Of a DNA stretch of 62,468 nucleotides, positions 30,048-41,400 are shown piece by piece; position 1 is the first letter of the stretch, and each line of letters starts with the position of its first letter. The position numbers and the translations under genes are program-made. The stretch covers positions 1 through 62,468 of the forward strand of contig JBILPB010000003.1 of NCBI GenBank assembly GCA_044374175.1. Reading direction: 5' to 3'. The stretch comes from Bacteroidia bacterium. Lineage in GTDB: Bacteria > Bacteroidota > Bacteroidia > UBA4408. A model generated the notes under the pieces. The model did not search any database and was not told where the DNA came from. It worked only from the letters and a program-made list of their open reading frames with translations.

Positions 30048-30965
30048 TTAAACATTATTACCCCAGTTTTTCAATTCATCTTCAGTCCATAAATCTGGAA
30101 AGAAAATTCTTTTTTGGTACTTGGGATGCATATATTTCCTCCAATCGCTACCTCCTGTGGCTTGGGCATTTCCTAAATATTTTCCAGCCGCATGATAATG
30201 TGCCATTACCCAGGTTACATTTACTGTATAATCGTAATGCCTCATGGCATCTATTAATAACTTATCTTCTTTAACCTCTTTTGGAAGCTGCTTAAAGCGT
30301 GTCCACAAATTAGTGGTGTTGTACTTTTCCATAAGGGTTAAGAAATAATTTTTATAGCGCTTTTCGAAGAGTGTAATTAATGTGTTCTTCTTTCCTGTTG
30401 CATGATCTTTACCAGCAGCTTGCCAGTATAAATGTTCGTAGGCGTGCTCATAAGGTGTATTTCTATCGATGGTTGCTCTAAAACGAAAATCTATTAAATT
30501 AATTAACTCTGTTGATGAAAACTCAATTAATCTATATTGAGCACTTTGAAATCCACTTGCGGGAGTTAATGTATTTCTAAATTTCATGTATTGCTCTTTT
30601 TCCATACCGTCTCCCATGATGCTGAACGAAGACGAAAGCATATCAAAATAACGACTAATTCTTCTTAGTTTTTCGGTAAAAAAAACAGCCTCTAATTTTT
30701 CTGCATCACTTACTTGATTAATTTCCCATAAAATCATTTTAAACAACAATTCATTAATTTGGTGGTACATAATAAACACCATTTCATCTGGCTGTGTGGT
30801 TCGCTGTACTTGCAAACTCAATAATGCATCAGGTAAAATATAGTCCCAATATGTTATAGGATTTGCCCAAACTAATCCTTCTAAATGCACGTTGGTTTGT
30901 TGCCCTATGGCATCAAATTTTTGATCTAATCTATTTAAAATTTCTTGTTGATATTCGTTAGACAT
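30048..30965 (-). CDS. kynA: Tryptophan 2,3-dioxygenase family
   Basis: DEMVFIMYHQINEL, FRNTLTPASGFQSAQYR, TGGS. Confidence 0.92.
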   Translation of the reverse strand: MSNEYQQEILNRLDQKFDAIGQQTNVHLEGLVWANPITYWDYILPDALLSLQVQRTTQPDEMVFIMYHQINELLFKMILWEINQVSDAEKLEAVFFTEKLRRISRYFDMLSSSFSIMGDGMEKEQYMKFRNTLTPASGFQSAQYRLIEFSSTELINLIDFRFRATIDRNTPYEHAYEHLYWQAAGKDHATGKKNTLITLFEKRYKNYFLTLMEKYNTTNLWTRFKQLPKEVKEDKLLIDAMRHYDYTVNVTWVMAHYHAAGKYLGNAQATGGSDWRKYMHPKYQKRIFFPDLWTEDELKNWGNNV

Positions 30966-31064
30966 AATTTTTATTTTTTAATGAAACTATTATGAATTTA
31001 GCAGATTTAATTGCAAACAAATAAACCTTCAACAAATCTATGAAATTATTGAATAATCCTAATT

Positions 31065-32261
31065 TTAATAAGCATAATCAGAAAGATATTGAAATCTTTC
31101 GCCTAAAGCGCCATCTTTGGCAATAGTTGCTCTTTCAACAATCCCATCATTATCAGAAATCAAGAGTGATGGCAGCACTTTTTCTATTAATTCTTTCCCA
31201 AAATCTTCCGAAGCATCACGGGGTAACTCACATGGCAAATTATCAACCGCCATTACTGTAATAGTGCTGTTGTCAAATGGCTCTGCAATTTCTTCGGTCA
31301 TTGGATTATACCCAAAAAACTTGCTTTCTATTGTAGTTGATTGGGTTGTAGATGGAATTGAACCATCAATATCGCAGGTTATATCTGCAATTACACTAAT
31401 ATGAAAATCGTGCGAACGCATTTCTTCTTTAGTAAACAACTTTGGAGCTGAAGGATTCCAATAACTGCAATGCAAAAGCAAATCGCAAGCCTTGGTAAAC
31501 TTACTAAAAGTTGATCTAAACTTCTCGGGGTGTTTGTAAAAGGCCTGCAAATTCCATCCTGAGCCATCTAATGCCTCATTGTAATTATTGCTATGCAGTT
31601 GCACATAGGTTGGCTCTCTAAATGAATATTTTACAAATTCGAATGGAGTTACTCTTCTGATTTGCATAGCTCCAAGCAATTCAACAGCTCCGTTTGCAAC
31701 TCTTCCGTTACCAGTTACAATAATTTTAATATTGGGCAATCTTACCTTTTGTAATTCAATCATCATTTCACGCTTATCTCTGCATAGATGGGCGGGTTTA
31801 ATATCATATAAATTATATTTTAACCCATACCCCATTAAACCATTATAAGTACCCACAATACCAGCATAATGCCCAAAGCCAATAATTCTGTTATACTCTG
31901 CATCTACCAAACATTCATAATCGATTAATTGTATTTTCTTTTCAATGATATCCTGAATTAATTTCTTGTTGTGAGCCTGCTTTTTAATAGTGTGCGAAAA
32001 AAACATATACTTTTTATTTGAAATTAAAAGCTCTGTTGGTACTTCTTTTACGCCAAAAATTATATCACAATCGTCTACATTATCCACAACAGCAATTCCT
32101 TGTTTTTGATACTCGTCATTTGAATAACATCTTAGATCACTTTTTTGAACATACACCTTAGTGCCAGGAAATCCCTGCTCAATTGCTCTACACTGCTCTG
32201 GCGTGAAAGAAACCCTCTTATCTGCTGGAACTTTTCCTTCCTTTAAAATACCTATTTTCAT
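31065..32261 (-). CDS. AlaDH/PNT-fold oxidoreductase, lysine-ketoglutarate reductase / saccharopine dehydrogenase (Lys1-like) family
   Basis: DKRVSFTP, GVKEVP, FFSHTIKKQ.HN, IDYE, IADITCD..GS, MAVDNLPCELPRDASEDFG. Confidence 0.85.
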   Translation of the reverse strand: MKIGILKEGKVPADKRVSFTPEQCRAIEQGFPGTKVYVQKSDLRCYSNDEYQKQGIAVVDNVDDCDIIFGVKEVPTELLISNKKYMFFSHTIKKQAHNKKLIQDIIEKKIQLIDYECLVDAEYNRIIGFGHYAGIVGTYNGLMGYGLKYNLYDIKPAHLCRDKREMMIELQKVRLPNIKIIVTGNGRVANGAVELLGAMQIRRVTPFEFVKYSFREPTYVQLHSNNYNEALDGSGWNLQAFYKHPEKFRSTFSKFTKACDLLLHCSYWNPSAPKLFTKEEMRSHDFHISVIADITCDIDGSIPSTTQSTTIESKFFGYNPMTEEIAEPFDNSTITVMAVDNLPCELPRDASEDFGKELIEKVLPSLLISDNDGIVERATIAKDGALGERFQYLSDYAY

Positions 32262-32376
32262 ATTTCTGTTTTTATATTTTTTTTAAATAATTAGCTACGT
32301 TATTATTCGCAAAATTAGTAATAGTTATGATATGTTTTGAAGCCTTTACTCAATGGAATTATTAGTTTGATTATAT

Positions 32377-32784
32377 TTGTGTATGGATTCAAATGCATCT
32401 TTAAAAGTTAGAATAGATAAATATTTATGGGCAATAAGGATGTACAAAACTCGCTCTATTGCCAGTGCTGCATGCAATGATGGCAAAGTAAAGCTCGACC
32501 AAGAAACGCCCATAAAAGCATCTAAAACTATAAAAATTGGAGAAATCTACAGCTTAAAGCTTGAAGGAAAACGTATCGTAATTCAAATTGCCAAATTAAT
32601 TGAAAAACGCGTAAATGCAGCGCTTGCAGTAGAATGTTATGTTGATATTACCCCCGAAGAAGAAAAAGAAAAACAAAAATTAATGAGTGCATTTTACTTT
32701 TCTGGCGGCAAACGAGGCAATAAACAAGCTCGTCCTACTAAAAAAGACAGAAGAAAAATTACCAAACTCCGAGGTGATATCTGA
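32377..32784 (+). CDS. hslR: Hsp15-like S4 RNA-binding protein
   Basis: RIDKYLWAIRMYKTRSIA, RPTKKDRR. Confidence 0.92.
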   Translation: MCMDSNASLKVRIDKYLWAIRMYKTRSIASAACNDGKVKLDQETPIKASKTIKIGEIYSLKLEGKRIVIQIAKLIEKRVNAALAVECYVDITPEEEKEKQKLMSAFYFSGGKRGNKQARPTKKDRRKITKLRGDI

Positions 32785-32792
32785 GCAAAAAA

Positions 32793-34745
32793 TTAATTTT
32801 CGGAAAAAATATATTTATCCTTTCTGGGGCCATATAAATTTTGATTCCCACTTTCTACTTTAATGGTAAGATTGTCGATTTGAATGTTTTTCTTAAATTG
32901 ATTATAGACATAAACCGAAATTTTATCTTCGGCTCCTTTTAATATTGGAAGTCTTATTGAAAAATAACATGTATTCCAGGCGCCAATTTTTGTAATAAAT
33001 GGTTTTAAATTTAATCCGGCCCAATGATAATTTTCTTTACCATGATCAACACTAAAAACCAAAATGGCATCACCATCCTTTTCGAAGGTCTTTAACTGAA
33101 CACTTGCATGAATTATGTTTGAAGTACTTTTAGTAATCTCTTTAATACCAGCTGAAAATGTTGAACCAAATTCAATTTTATCGTTCATAATTTCAAAGGT
33201 GTTTGTAACCTTTGCGCTATCTTTTCCTGTTGATATTGGATTTGAAAAGTATTTTTGACTATGCTCATAATTTTGTATATAAATTGACTCAATTGTTTTA
33301 ATTTGGGCCATTGAGTCATTATTATTTTTGCTGTAGAGATAAAATTCTGAATTAAAATAATGCACTTTTCTGACTAAATATGGATAAGCGTCTTGAATAA
33401 TGTGATTTATTTCGGGTGGACAATTCGAATTTGTCCAACAATATAAAAAATAAGGTGTTTTAGCCCCTGATACAATTTTAACTACCTCCGACAATTGTTC
33501 TCTTCCAGCATTGTTGTAAAACACAAAAGGGCTGTTATTATTTAGCTTGGATAGATAATAACCAATGTAAGATGAGTCAGTTACATTAATGGCTCTGGTA
33601 ATATTTATCGCACCATATTTTTTATCTGCTTCATCAATATGAACTGCAATTTCCTTGAACTTTGCAAACTCTTTGCTTCCATTGAACTTGTTTATCGCAT
33701 AAATTTGAGTTATTCCAGCAATTAGTATAAATGGGACCAAAATGAAAACAGCTTTCTGATTATTAGGTGTAAGTGAAAATATAAAAAAGAAGATAAACGG
33801 ATAGGAAAATATTAAAATGCTATGCTGAAGCAATGGGCTTAGATAAATACTATAAAAATAGGCTATCAAAAGGGGGAATAAAAACCACAATAAAGCCAGC
33901 CATCTTAATTTATTCTCAGGTAATTTATATGGCAGTTTTATGGCAGCAATTAACCCAACTAATAATATAAATAATAAATACCACTTAGATTGATTAAACA
34001 TGTACTTCGTGTACAACTTAAAATAATCACTTTCCGGAGCAGCCAGCCAACCTAATCCACCGGCCGAAAATTGGTTGATGGTAATTTTTAAATGTGGCAA
34101 AAACAAAAGCAAGGCTCCAATACCACAGAAGATATACATTTTTCTGTTCATCTTAGAAACCATAAACAAGCCCGATATGCCTAAAATAGCTACCATCAAA
34201 AAACTAAAATAATGATTATACATACTCAAAATCATTCCAGCGATAAAAATGATTAAGCTAATGAACTTGGGCTTCTGATTTTTTTGAAGAAAAATAAATC
34301 CATTCCATCCATGCAAGGTTAATAAAACAAAAAACAAACCTGAGCTATATGGTCGTGCAATTTGACTGTACAAAATGGCAAATTGAGAAACTGCAAGTGT
34401 AGCAGTTATAAGCACTGCCGCGTAATAATTAAACCATTTACGAGACGTTAAATAGGTTAAATAAACTGATAAAATACCCATTAAAACAAAAGGCAATCTT
34501 AGTGATGCCACAGAGGTTCCAAAAATTTTACACCAAAACCAAATAATAATTTGAGCACCAGCAGGGTGAAAGTCGTTGGCCACATAAATAAAAATATTAT
34601 CATACAAACTACCATAACTATAACCCAGCAATGCGCTCAATTCATCGTTAGTTAAGGACCAACTTGCATAGCCATAAAATCTAACTACCGCAGCTACTAT
34701 CATAATCAGTAACACTAGCCAACTTTTAGGAGTTAATTTCTTCAT
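32793..34745 (-). CDS. GT-C/PMT-like (GT39-type) membrane glycosyltransferase with a C-terminal beta-sandwich domain
   Basis: SLTNDE, HPAG, SLRLPF, SQIARPYS; many TM segments; soluble C-terminal domain. Confidence 0.8.
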   Translation of the reverse strand: MKKLTPKSWLVLLIMIVAAVVRFYGYASWSLTNDELSALLGYSYGSLYDNIFIYVANDFHPAGAQIIIWFWCKIFGTSVASLRLPFVLMGILSVYLTYLTSRKWFNYYAAVLITATLAVSQFAILYSQIARPYSSGLFFVLLTLHGWNGFIFLQKNQKPKFISLIIFIAGMILSMYNHYFSFLMVAILGISGLFMVSKMNRKMYIFCGIGALLLFLPHLKITINQFSAGGLGWLAAPESDYFKLYTKYMFNQSKWYLLFILLVGLIAAIKLPYKLPENKLRWLALLWFLFPLLIAYFYSIYLSPLLQHSILIFSYPFIFFFIFSLTPNNQKAVFILVPFILIAGITQIYAINKFNGSKEFAKFKEIAVHIDEADKKYGAINITRAINVTDSSYIGYYLSKLNNNSPFVFYNNAGREQLSEVVKIVSGAKTPYFLYCWTNSNCPPEINHIIQDAYPYLVRKVHYFNSEFYLYSKNNNDSMAQIKTIESIYIQNYEHSQKYFSNPISTGKDSAKVTNTFEIMNDKIEFGSTFSAGIKEITKSTSNIIHASVQLKTFEKDGDAILVFSVDHGKENYHWAGLNLKPFITKIGAWNTCYFSIRLPILKGAEDKISVYVYNQFKKNIQIDNLTIKVESGNQNLYGPRKDKYIFSEN

Positions 34746-34848
34746 TTTGATTTGTAATTATGCAAATATAATGGTTGAATTCACATTTTTGTGTTATTAA
34801 TTCAACTTAAATTAATGGCGAATTATTAATTTAGTCTTTTAAAATAGG

Positions 34849-34856
34849 TATATTTG
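34849..34856 (+). promoter_or_regulatory. -7 element for the T9SS-cargo operon (divergent partner for the GT gene at 34763-34770)
   Basis: TATATTTG on the + strand about 200 nt upstream of 35057; TATATTTG on the - strand 17 nt upstream of the GT start. Confidence 0.5.
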
Positions 34857-35056
34857 TACCACTTTTTAACTCAGATATCTATACAAAAGCATATTTTTAT
34901 GAAACTTTAAAAGTAAAAATTCGTTAAAACGAACCAGTGATTAATTAAATTACTTATTTTTTTGGTTTAATGCATTCATTTTAAACACCTTACAATTATT
35001 TAAAACTTAATATTAATTGCTCATTTTGATAAAAAAAATAAATAAATAAATATACA

Positions 35057-35440
35057 ATGAAAAAAATCACAACAAGCCTCCTCTTCTTTTTAATGGGCTT
35101 TTTGGGATTGGCTAACCAAGTTAATGCGCAAACAAATGCCATTCTGGTGCCAACTTACCAAAATCAATCCGAAATGCCCTCTAAAACAAGACCAGAGCAA
35201 AAACTGCTCAAGCAACTTCCAATGGTTGTAATCAATGAAAATGGACCTGACTTGACCTTATTTGAGTCAGAGATGAAACAATGGACGTTAAAAAACCCTT
35301 CGGTTTTAAGTCAATTAGACAAAACTGTCATTGATTTAATTAATAAAAAACAATTTGAAAAATTAGCTGAAATTTTGATTGAAATGGGCCACAGCAAAGA
35401 AGTTGCCGTAATAAACTATATAGGAGGTAAGCATGAATAA
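35057..35440 (+). CDS. Small secreted helical hypothetical protein overlapping the giant T9SS cargo start
   Basis: Clear signal peptide (VNA-Q); 8-nt ATGAATAA overlap with 35433. Confidence 0.75.
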   Translation: MKKITTSLLFFLMGFLGLANQVNAQTNAILVPTYQNQSEMPSKTRPEQKLLKQLPMVVINENGPDLTLFESEMKQWTLKNPSVLSQLDKTVIDLINKKQFEKLAEILIEMGHSKEVAVINYIGGKHE

Positions 35441-38400
35441 TTTTTCACGAAATCTACTGTTGCAAAAAATAGGATTTTTGTTCCTAGGCGTCCTTTGCTC
35501 GTTCAAAATACAAGCGCAAGTTGCAGCGCCAAATTATACTTTTTCTACTACAACAGGAACATATACCCCAATTGCAGGTGGAACAGTTGCAGTATTTTCT
35601 GATCAATCGGTTCCAAATAATTGGGATGCTGTAACCATACTTAACCAACCCATAGGATTTACCTTTACTTATAATGGCAGTCCTTATACTACCTTTAGTA
35701 TTAATCCAAATGGCTACATTGCCATGGGAGCCACAGTTTCTTCGGCTGAAAATAATCCTATCTCGGGAGGGGCAACCGATAATGTTATCTCTGCATTTGG
35801 AAGAAATTTATTGGGGACGCATACTGTATTAGGTAACACTACTTTGGGTTCAGCAGATATTACAGGTGTGGCACAAACTGGAGGTATTGAAGTTGGAGCA
35901 AGATTATTTAGTCCAGGATTTTTATCTGGGCCAACGGTACTTTCTAAAACAGTTAACTCTATTACCATGTCTTCAAATGCAACTGCAACAAGCGTAGGAG
36001 CGGTAGTTTGTACTCAATACACGAGTGAAATAAGATATCAAACTATTGGTTCTTCACCCTCTAGAACACTTGTAGTGCAATGGAAAAATGCAAGAGGCTT
36101 TAGTATCAATAATCAAAGATTAAATTTTCAAATTAGACTGAATGAATCAGACAATTCAATTAATTTTGTTTATGGAGATTGTTCATTTGCCAGTGCAGCC
36201 GGTGGTCCTTTTACTGGTCCACAAGTGGGATTAAGAGGTGTTACTTCTGCTGATTATAACAATAGATTAGTGAATGCCGGTTCTGGAAATGACTGGAATA
36301 CCAGTATAAACGGAACGGCCAATACTTCTTTATTGGTTATTGGCGCCTTAATTACCCCCCCAACATCGGGCAGAACTTACACATGGACACCACCACCACC
36401 ATCAGCTATTGATATTAGTTTAAATGCTTTTATCAATCCAGGAGTAAGTTGTGGAAGTTCATCTGAAACGGTAACTGTACAGCTTAAAAATGAAGGATCT
36501 GCCTCTCACAATTTTGCCACGAATCCTACCACCGTTACAGTAGCTGTTACTGGACCAACTATTACTAGTGTTAGCGTTATTGTTAACACAGGCACCCTTG
36601 CGGTAAATGGCACACTCAATGTTAATTGCGGTCCAATTGATATGGACGACAATGGCACCTATAATTTTGCTTGCTCTCACACCACAACAGGAGATGCTGC
36701 ACCAATCAATGATGCACTAGCTACTGTCAGTCGAGTGATCTCAAGAAACACAACTTTCCCCTACAATGAAACTTTTGCCTCTGCACCTAATCCTGCTTAT
36801 TTGACGCAACCTATTGCGCCTAATGTAGCAGATAATTGGGCCATTTTATTTGGAACCAATTTTGTCCCTGGATTTACTGCTCCTCCAGATTTGAATACTG
36901 TAAATAATGGTTATGCTATTTTTGCAAGTTATGATTTTATTGTGGGTAAGGAAGCGCGATTAATTTTACCATGCATGGATTTTACAAGTTTAACTTCACC
37001 AGTAATAACCATTAGTATGGCTCAAGATGACAATGCGTCCTTTGCCAATGATCGCTTACGTTTTGAGGTGTCTTTAGATGGGGGTAACACTTGGTCATTT
37101 GTGCCAGGAGCCCCTGTTTGCAGCAGACATAACGCTTTAGCAAGCACCATGTTTTGGCAAGATTACACTGCTTGTCTTTCTGCCTATGCAGGCAATCCAA
37201 ATGTGAGATTGGCTATTAGAGCAACCAGTGAAAACGGATTTGATATGGCTATCGACCAAATCACTGTTGAAAATGCCTGTCCAACAGTAAATACAATTAC
37301 TGCAACATCTATAGGCTTCTCAACGGCTACTTTAAATTGGAATACAATTGGATGTGGAGCATCTGCATTTGATGTTGAGTATGGCCTTTCACCAGCTGGT
37401 CCATACACTACTTTAAATTTAGGGCTTTTAAATACAACAAACATAACTGGTTTAACCTCATCAACACCATATCATTTTAGAGTGCGTGCCAATTGCGGTG
37501 GGCCTCTTAGCCCATGGAGTCCTTTTGAGCCTTTTTCCACATTGGCTCCACCACCTGTGAATGATGGATGTCCAGGTGCTTCAATAACTCCAATACTTTT
37601 GTGTAGTTTTACCGCAGGTACAACTGTAAATGCAACATCCTCTGGAGTTGCAGCACCAAGCTGTGGTGGTGATCCTGATGATGACGTTTGGTACACTTTT
37701 GTGGCTCCATCAGCTAATGTTACAATAACTGCACAGGCTACTTCGAGTATTGATATTGTTTTGGCATGCTATCAAGATAACAGTTGCATTACGCCTGCTC
37801 AGGTTAATTGTGTAGATAATACTTTGGCTGCAGGTACAGAAACACTTAACCTTACATCCTTATCAATTGGCAATACCTATAGGATAAGAGTTTTTGATAA
37901 AAACACTGCAAGCTATGGCACATTTAATATTTGCGTAACTTATATACCACCTCCACCAGCCAACGACAACTGCTTAGGAGCAATAACTTTAACGCCAGGA
38001 GTTTCATGTGTGAATACTGTTGGTACGGTTGAATATGCAACCTTGTCAACTCCTGGAACCTCATGTGGTGGTAATGCCAATGATGATGTTTGGTACAAAT
38101 TTGTAGCAAGTTCAACTTCTGTTGACATTACTGCTGTTGGTGCTATTGGGAATGACCTAGTGCTTGAATTGATGTCAGGTAGTTGCGGTTCTCTGAGCAA
38201 TTTGGCTTGTGCTAATCTTTCTGGTTCTGGTGGTACTGAAGTAATCTCTCAAGGAGGGCTTTCCATAGGAGCAACTTATTACATCAGAGTATTTGACTAT
38301 GGCTCAGGCTATCCATCTGATAGTAACTTTGATATTTGTGTAGTAAATCAGGTAGTTTTATATCCTCCACCCGCTAATGATTTATGTGCAAATGCTATTT

Positions 38401-41400
38401 CATTAACATCAAATCCAACCTGTATAATAACCTCTGGAACCACTTTAGGCGCCACAAATTCTGGACTTGCGGGTAGTTTGTGCGGTGGTTTTGTCGCTAA
38501 CCCCGATGATGATGTTTGGTATAGCTTTGTGGCAACCTCTGCGGCTCATGATATTATTTTAGCGCCAACTGCACCATTAAACGCAGTTTTAGAATTAAGA
38601 ACTGCAGCTTGCAATGGTGCCTTAATTCAATGTGTAGATGGCGCTGGTATTGGCGGAACTGAAACGTTAAGTTTGCAAGGCTTATCCATAGCAACTCCTT
38701 ATAGAATAAGAATTTATGGACGAGGAGTAGGATATGCTACCCAAGGAAATTTTGATATTTGTATAGTAAATGGAGTGGTAACTCCTGGTCCTGCAAATGA
38801 TAATTGCAGTGGTGCTATTACAGTTGTACCTAGTGGATCTCCAACTTGCGCATCACCCACAGCTGGAACAGTTTTAAATGCCACGCAGTCAGCTCCTTCA
38901 ACAATTTGCTTTGGTACTAATAATGATGATGTTTGGTATAAATTTGTGGCCACTCAATCTGTACACAATGTGATTGTAACAGGCTCGGCACAATTCGATG
39001 CCATTATTGAAGCATTTAGCGGTGCTTGCGGTGCATCTGGAATAGCCTGTATGGATAATACTGGGGATGGTGGCACAGAAACGCTCTCTTTAACTGGTCT
39101 AACACCTACTGCAACATATTATATTAGAGTGTTCGATGAAGGTGTCGGAGCTCCGCCAACTTTAACTTTTACCATTTGTGTTACAACGCCTGCTATTCCA
39201 GGCCCCCCAGCTAACGACAATTGTGCGGGGGCCATCAACTTAAATCCAGGTAATAGCTGTTCTCCATATTTGCAGAACGCAGCTGGTGCAACATTATCTC
39301 CACAATCTACACCAATTTGTGGTGGTAATTTAAATGATGATGTATGGTTCAAATTTACGGCTGCGCAAACTTCTTCAATCATCCAAGCTACCGGACAAGG
39401 AGCTTATGATATGGCCATTACGGCCTATAGTGGAAGTTGTGTAACAACTACATTTTTAGATTGTATTAATAATACTGGTCCAGGTCAAACTGAAACACTG
39501 ACCTTAAATGGATTAACCATTGGACAAACCTATTTTTTAAGGGTGTATGATTTTGCAGCAGGTGTGCCAGTAAATGCAAATATTTCAATTTGCGTGGTAA
39601 ATGTAATTCCTCCACCAGTTCCTACGAATGATTTGTGTGATGATGCTATTCCTATGAATTGTGGTGATATAGTTTTTGGTCAAAATTCTAATGGAGGAAC
39701 CTCAGGTGGCGATCCAGTTGCTGTTTGTGGTGGTATGACCACAGCAGGCATCAACGGTATTTGGTACAGAACCACTGGAAATGGTGATTATTTTAGGGTT
39801 AGTACCTGCAATGGTACAACTTTTAATACCAAAGTGGCAGTGTACAGTGGAAGCTGTGGCACAATCACTTGTGTTGCTTCAAATGATGACTTTGCTGGTT
39901 GTGGTAGTGGTCAACAATCACAAGTTTCATGGCAATCTGTAAGTGGAACAGATTATTTTATTTTAGTAGGTGGATTAGGTGGCGTACAAGGTATTTTCCA
40001 ATTAAAACTGGAATGCTTCCCATGCATTACCCCAACTGTAGCGGGTACAATATCAGTTAGTCCTGTTCCTTCAACGAGTACTGTTAATGACTCCTATACA
40101 TTAGCATTAACAGGAAATACTGGCGATGTTGTTCTTTGGGAATTTTCATTAAATAATTTTGCTACTATAAGTAGCACAGAATTATCTGATGGCAATAATG
40201 ACTTAACTGTTATTGACAGAATTAATGGTAATTTTTATGTAAGAGCTCAGGTTCAAAATGGGCCAGGTTGTACAGTGCAAACTACACCTATAGTTACTAT
40301 TACCCCGCGCTGTGCTTCAAGTATTGCAAATAGCCCAAGTGTAATAAATCATTATATCACTAACGTTCAATTTAACACAATTAATAATAATTCAACTTAT
40401 GACAGCAATGGCGACAACTATCAAAATTTCCAAGCGATAAGTTCAACAGTGCAAAAAGGTTTTTCTTATCAATTGAAAATTAAAACTTTTGGTGTGGCTC
40501 TCCTTGGCAGAGTAGCTTGGATTGATTTGAACGGAGATAATAGTTTTAATGGCCCTGGTGAAAATATTTTGCTCCCTCAAAGTCCCACAGCTGGAACCAC
40601 TACCCATATTGTTACAATACCTTGTACAGGAATCAATGGTACAGTGAGATTAAGAGTTATGGTTACCGGTGGTATTCCGAGTGCCGACCCATGCGATGTA
40701 ACTGGATATAACAGTGGTGAAATTGAAGAATATACCTTAAATATTGCAGGTACTGGTTATGGAGCTTGGGTTGGAGGAACCAATGATTGGTGTTTACCAA
40801 GCAATTGGGCATGTAATACCGTGCCTAATGGTTCAATTGATGTAACGATTCCTGTTGGTGCTGTTCAAATTCAACTAAATTGCAATGCAACTTGTAGAAA
40901 TATTAATTTCCAGACCACTGCTCCTTATTTTGTATCTAATGGTCTTAATACCAATGGTTTTAAATTAAATGTAAAAGGTAATTGGTCGGTTTCTGGATCT
41001 GCCAATTCAACAACAATAATTGTTGATCCAACTCTTACACCAGGCGCTGTAGAGTTTAATGGAACCCTTGGTGCCCAGAGTATAAGTGGTAAAACTACAT
41101 TTAACAATTTAACCATAAATAATACAAGTGGCAATACTACACTAAACAACACTACAAATGTTGCGGGTGTTTTAACTAGCACTGCAGGAACATTGGCCTC
41201 AAATGGTTTTTTGGTTTTACGCTCTGTGACTGGAAAAACAGCATTGATTAACCCTTTAGCTGGCAGTATTACTGGTGATGTAAGTGTTGAACGAAAAATA
41301 GGTTCAATCTCTGGATATCATTTCCTTTCTTCACCTGTTTCTGGTGCCATGGTTAATAATACTACAACTGGCTGGAGAGATGATTTTACAATTCTCAGTT

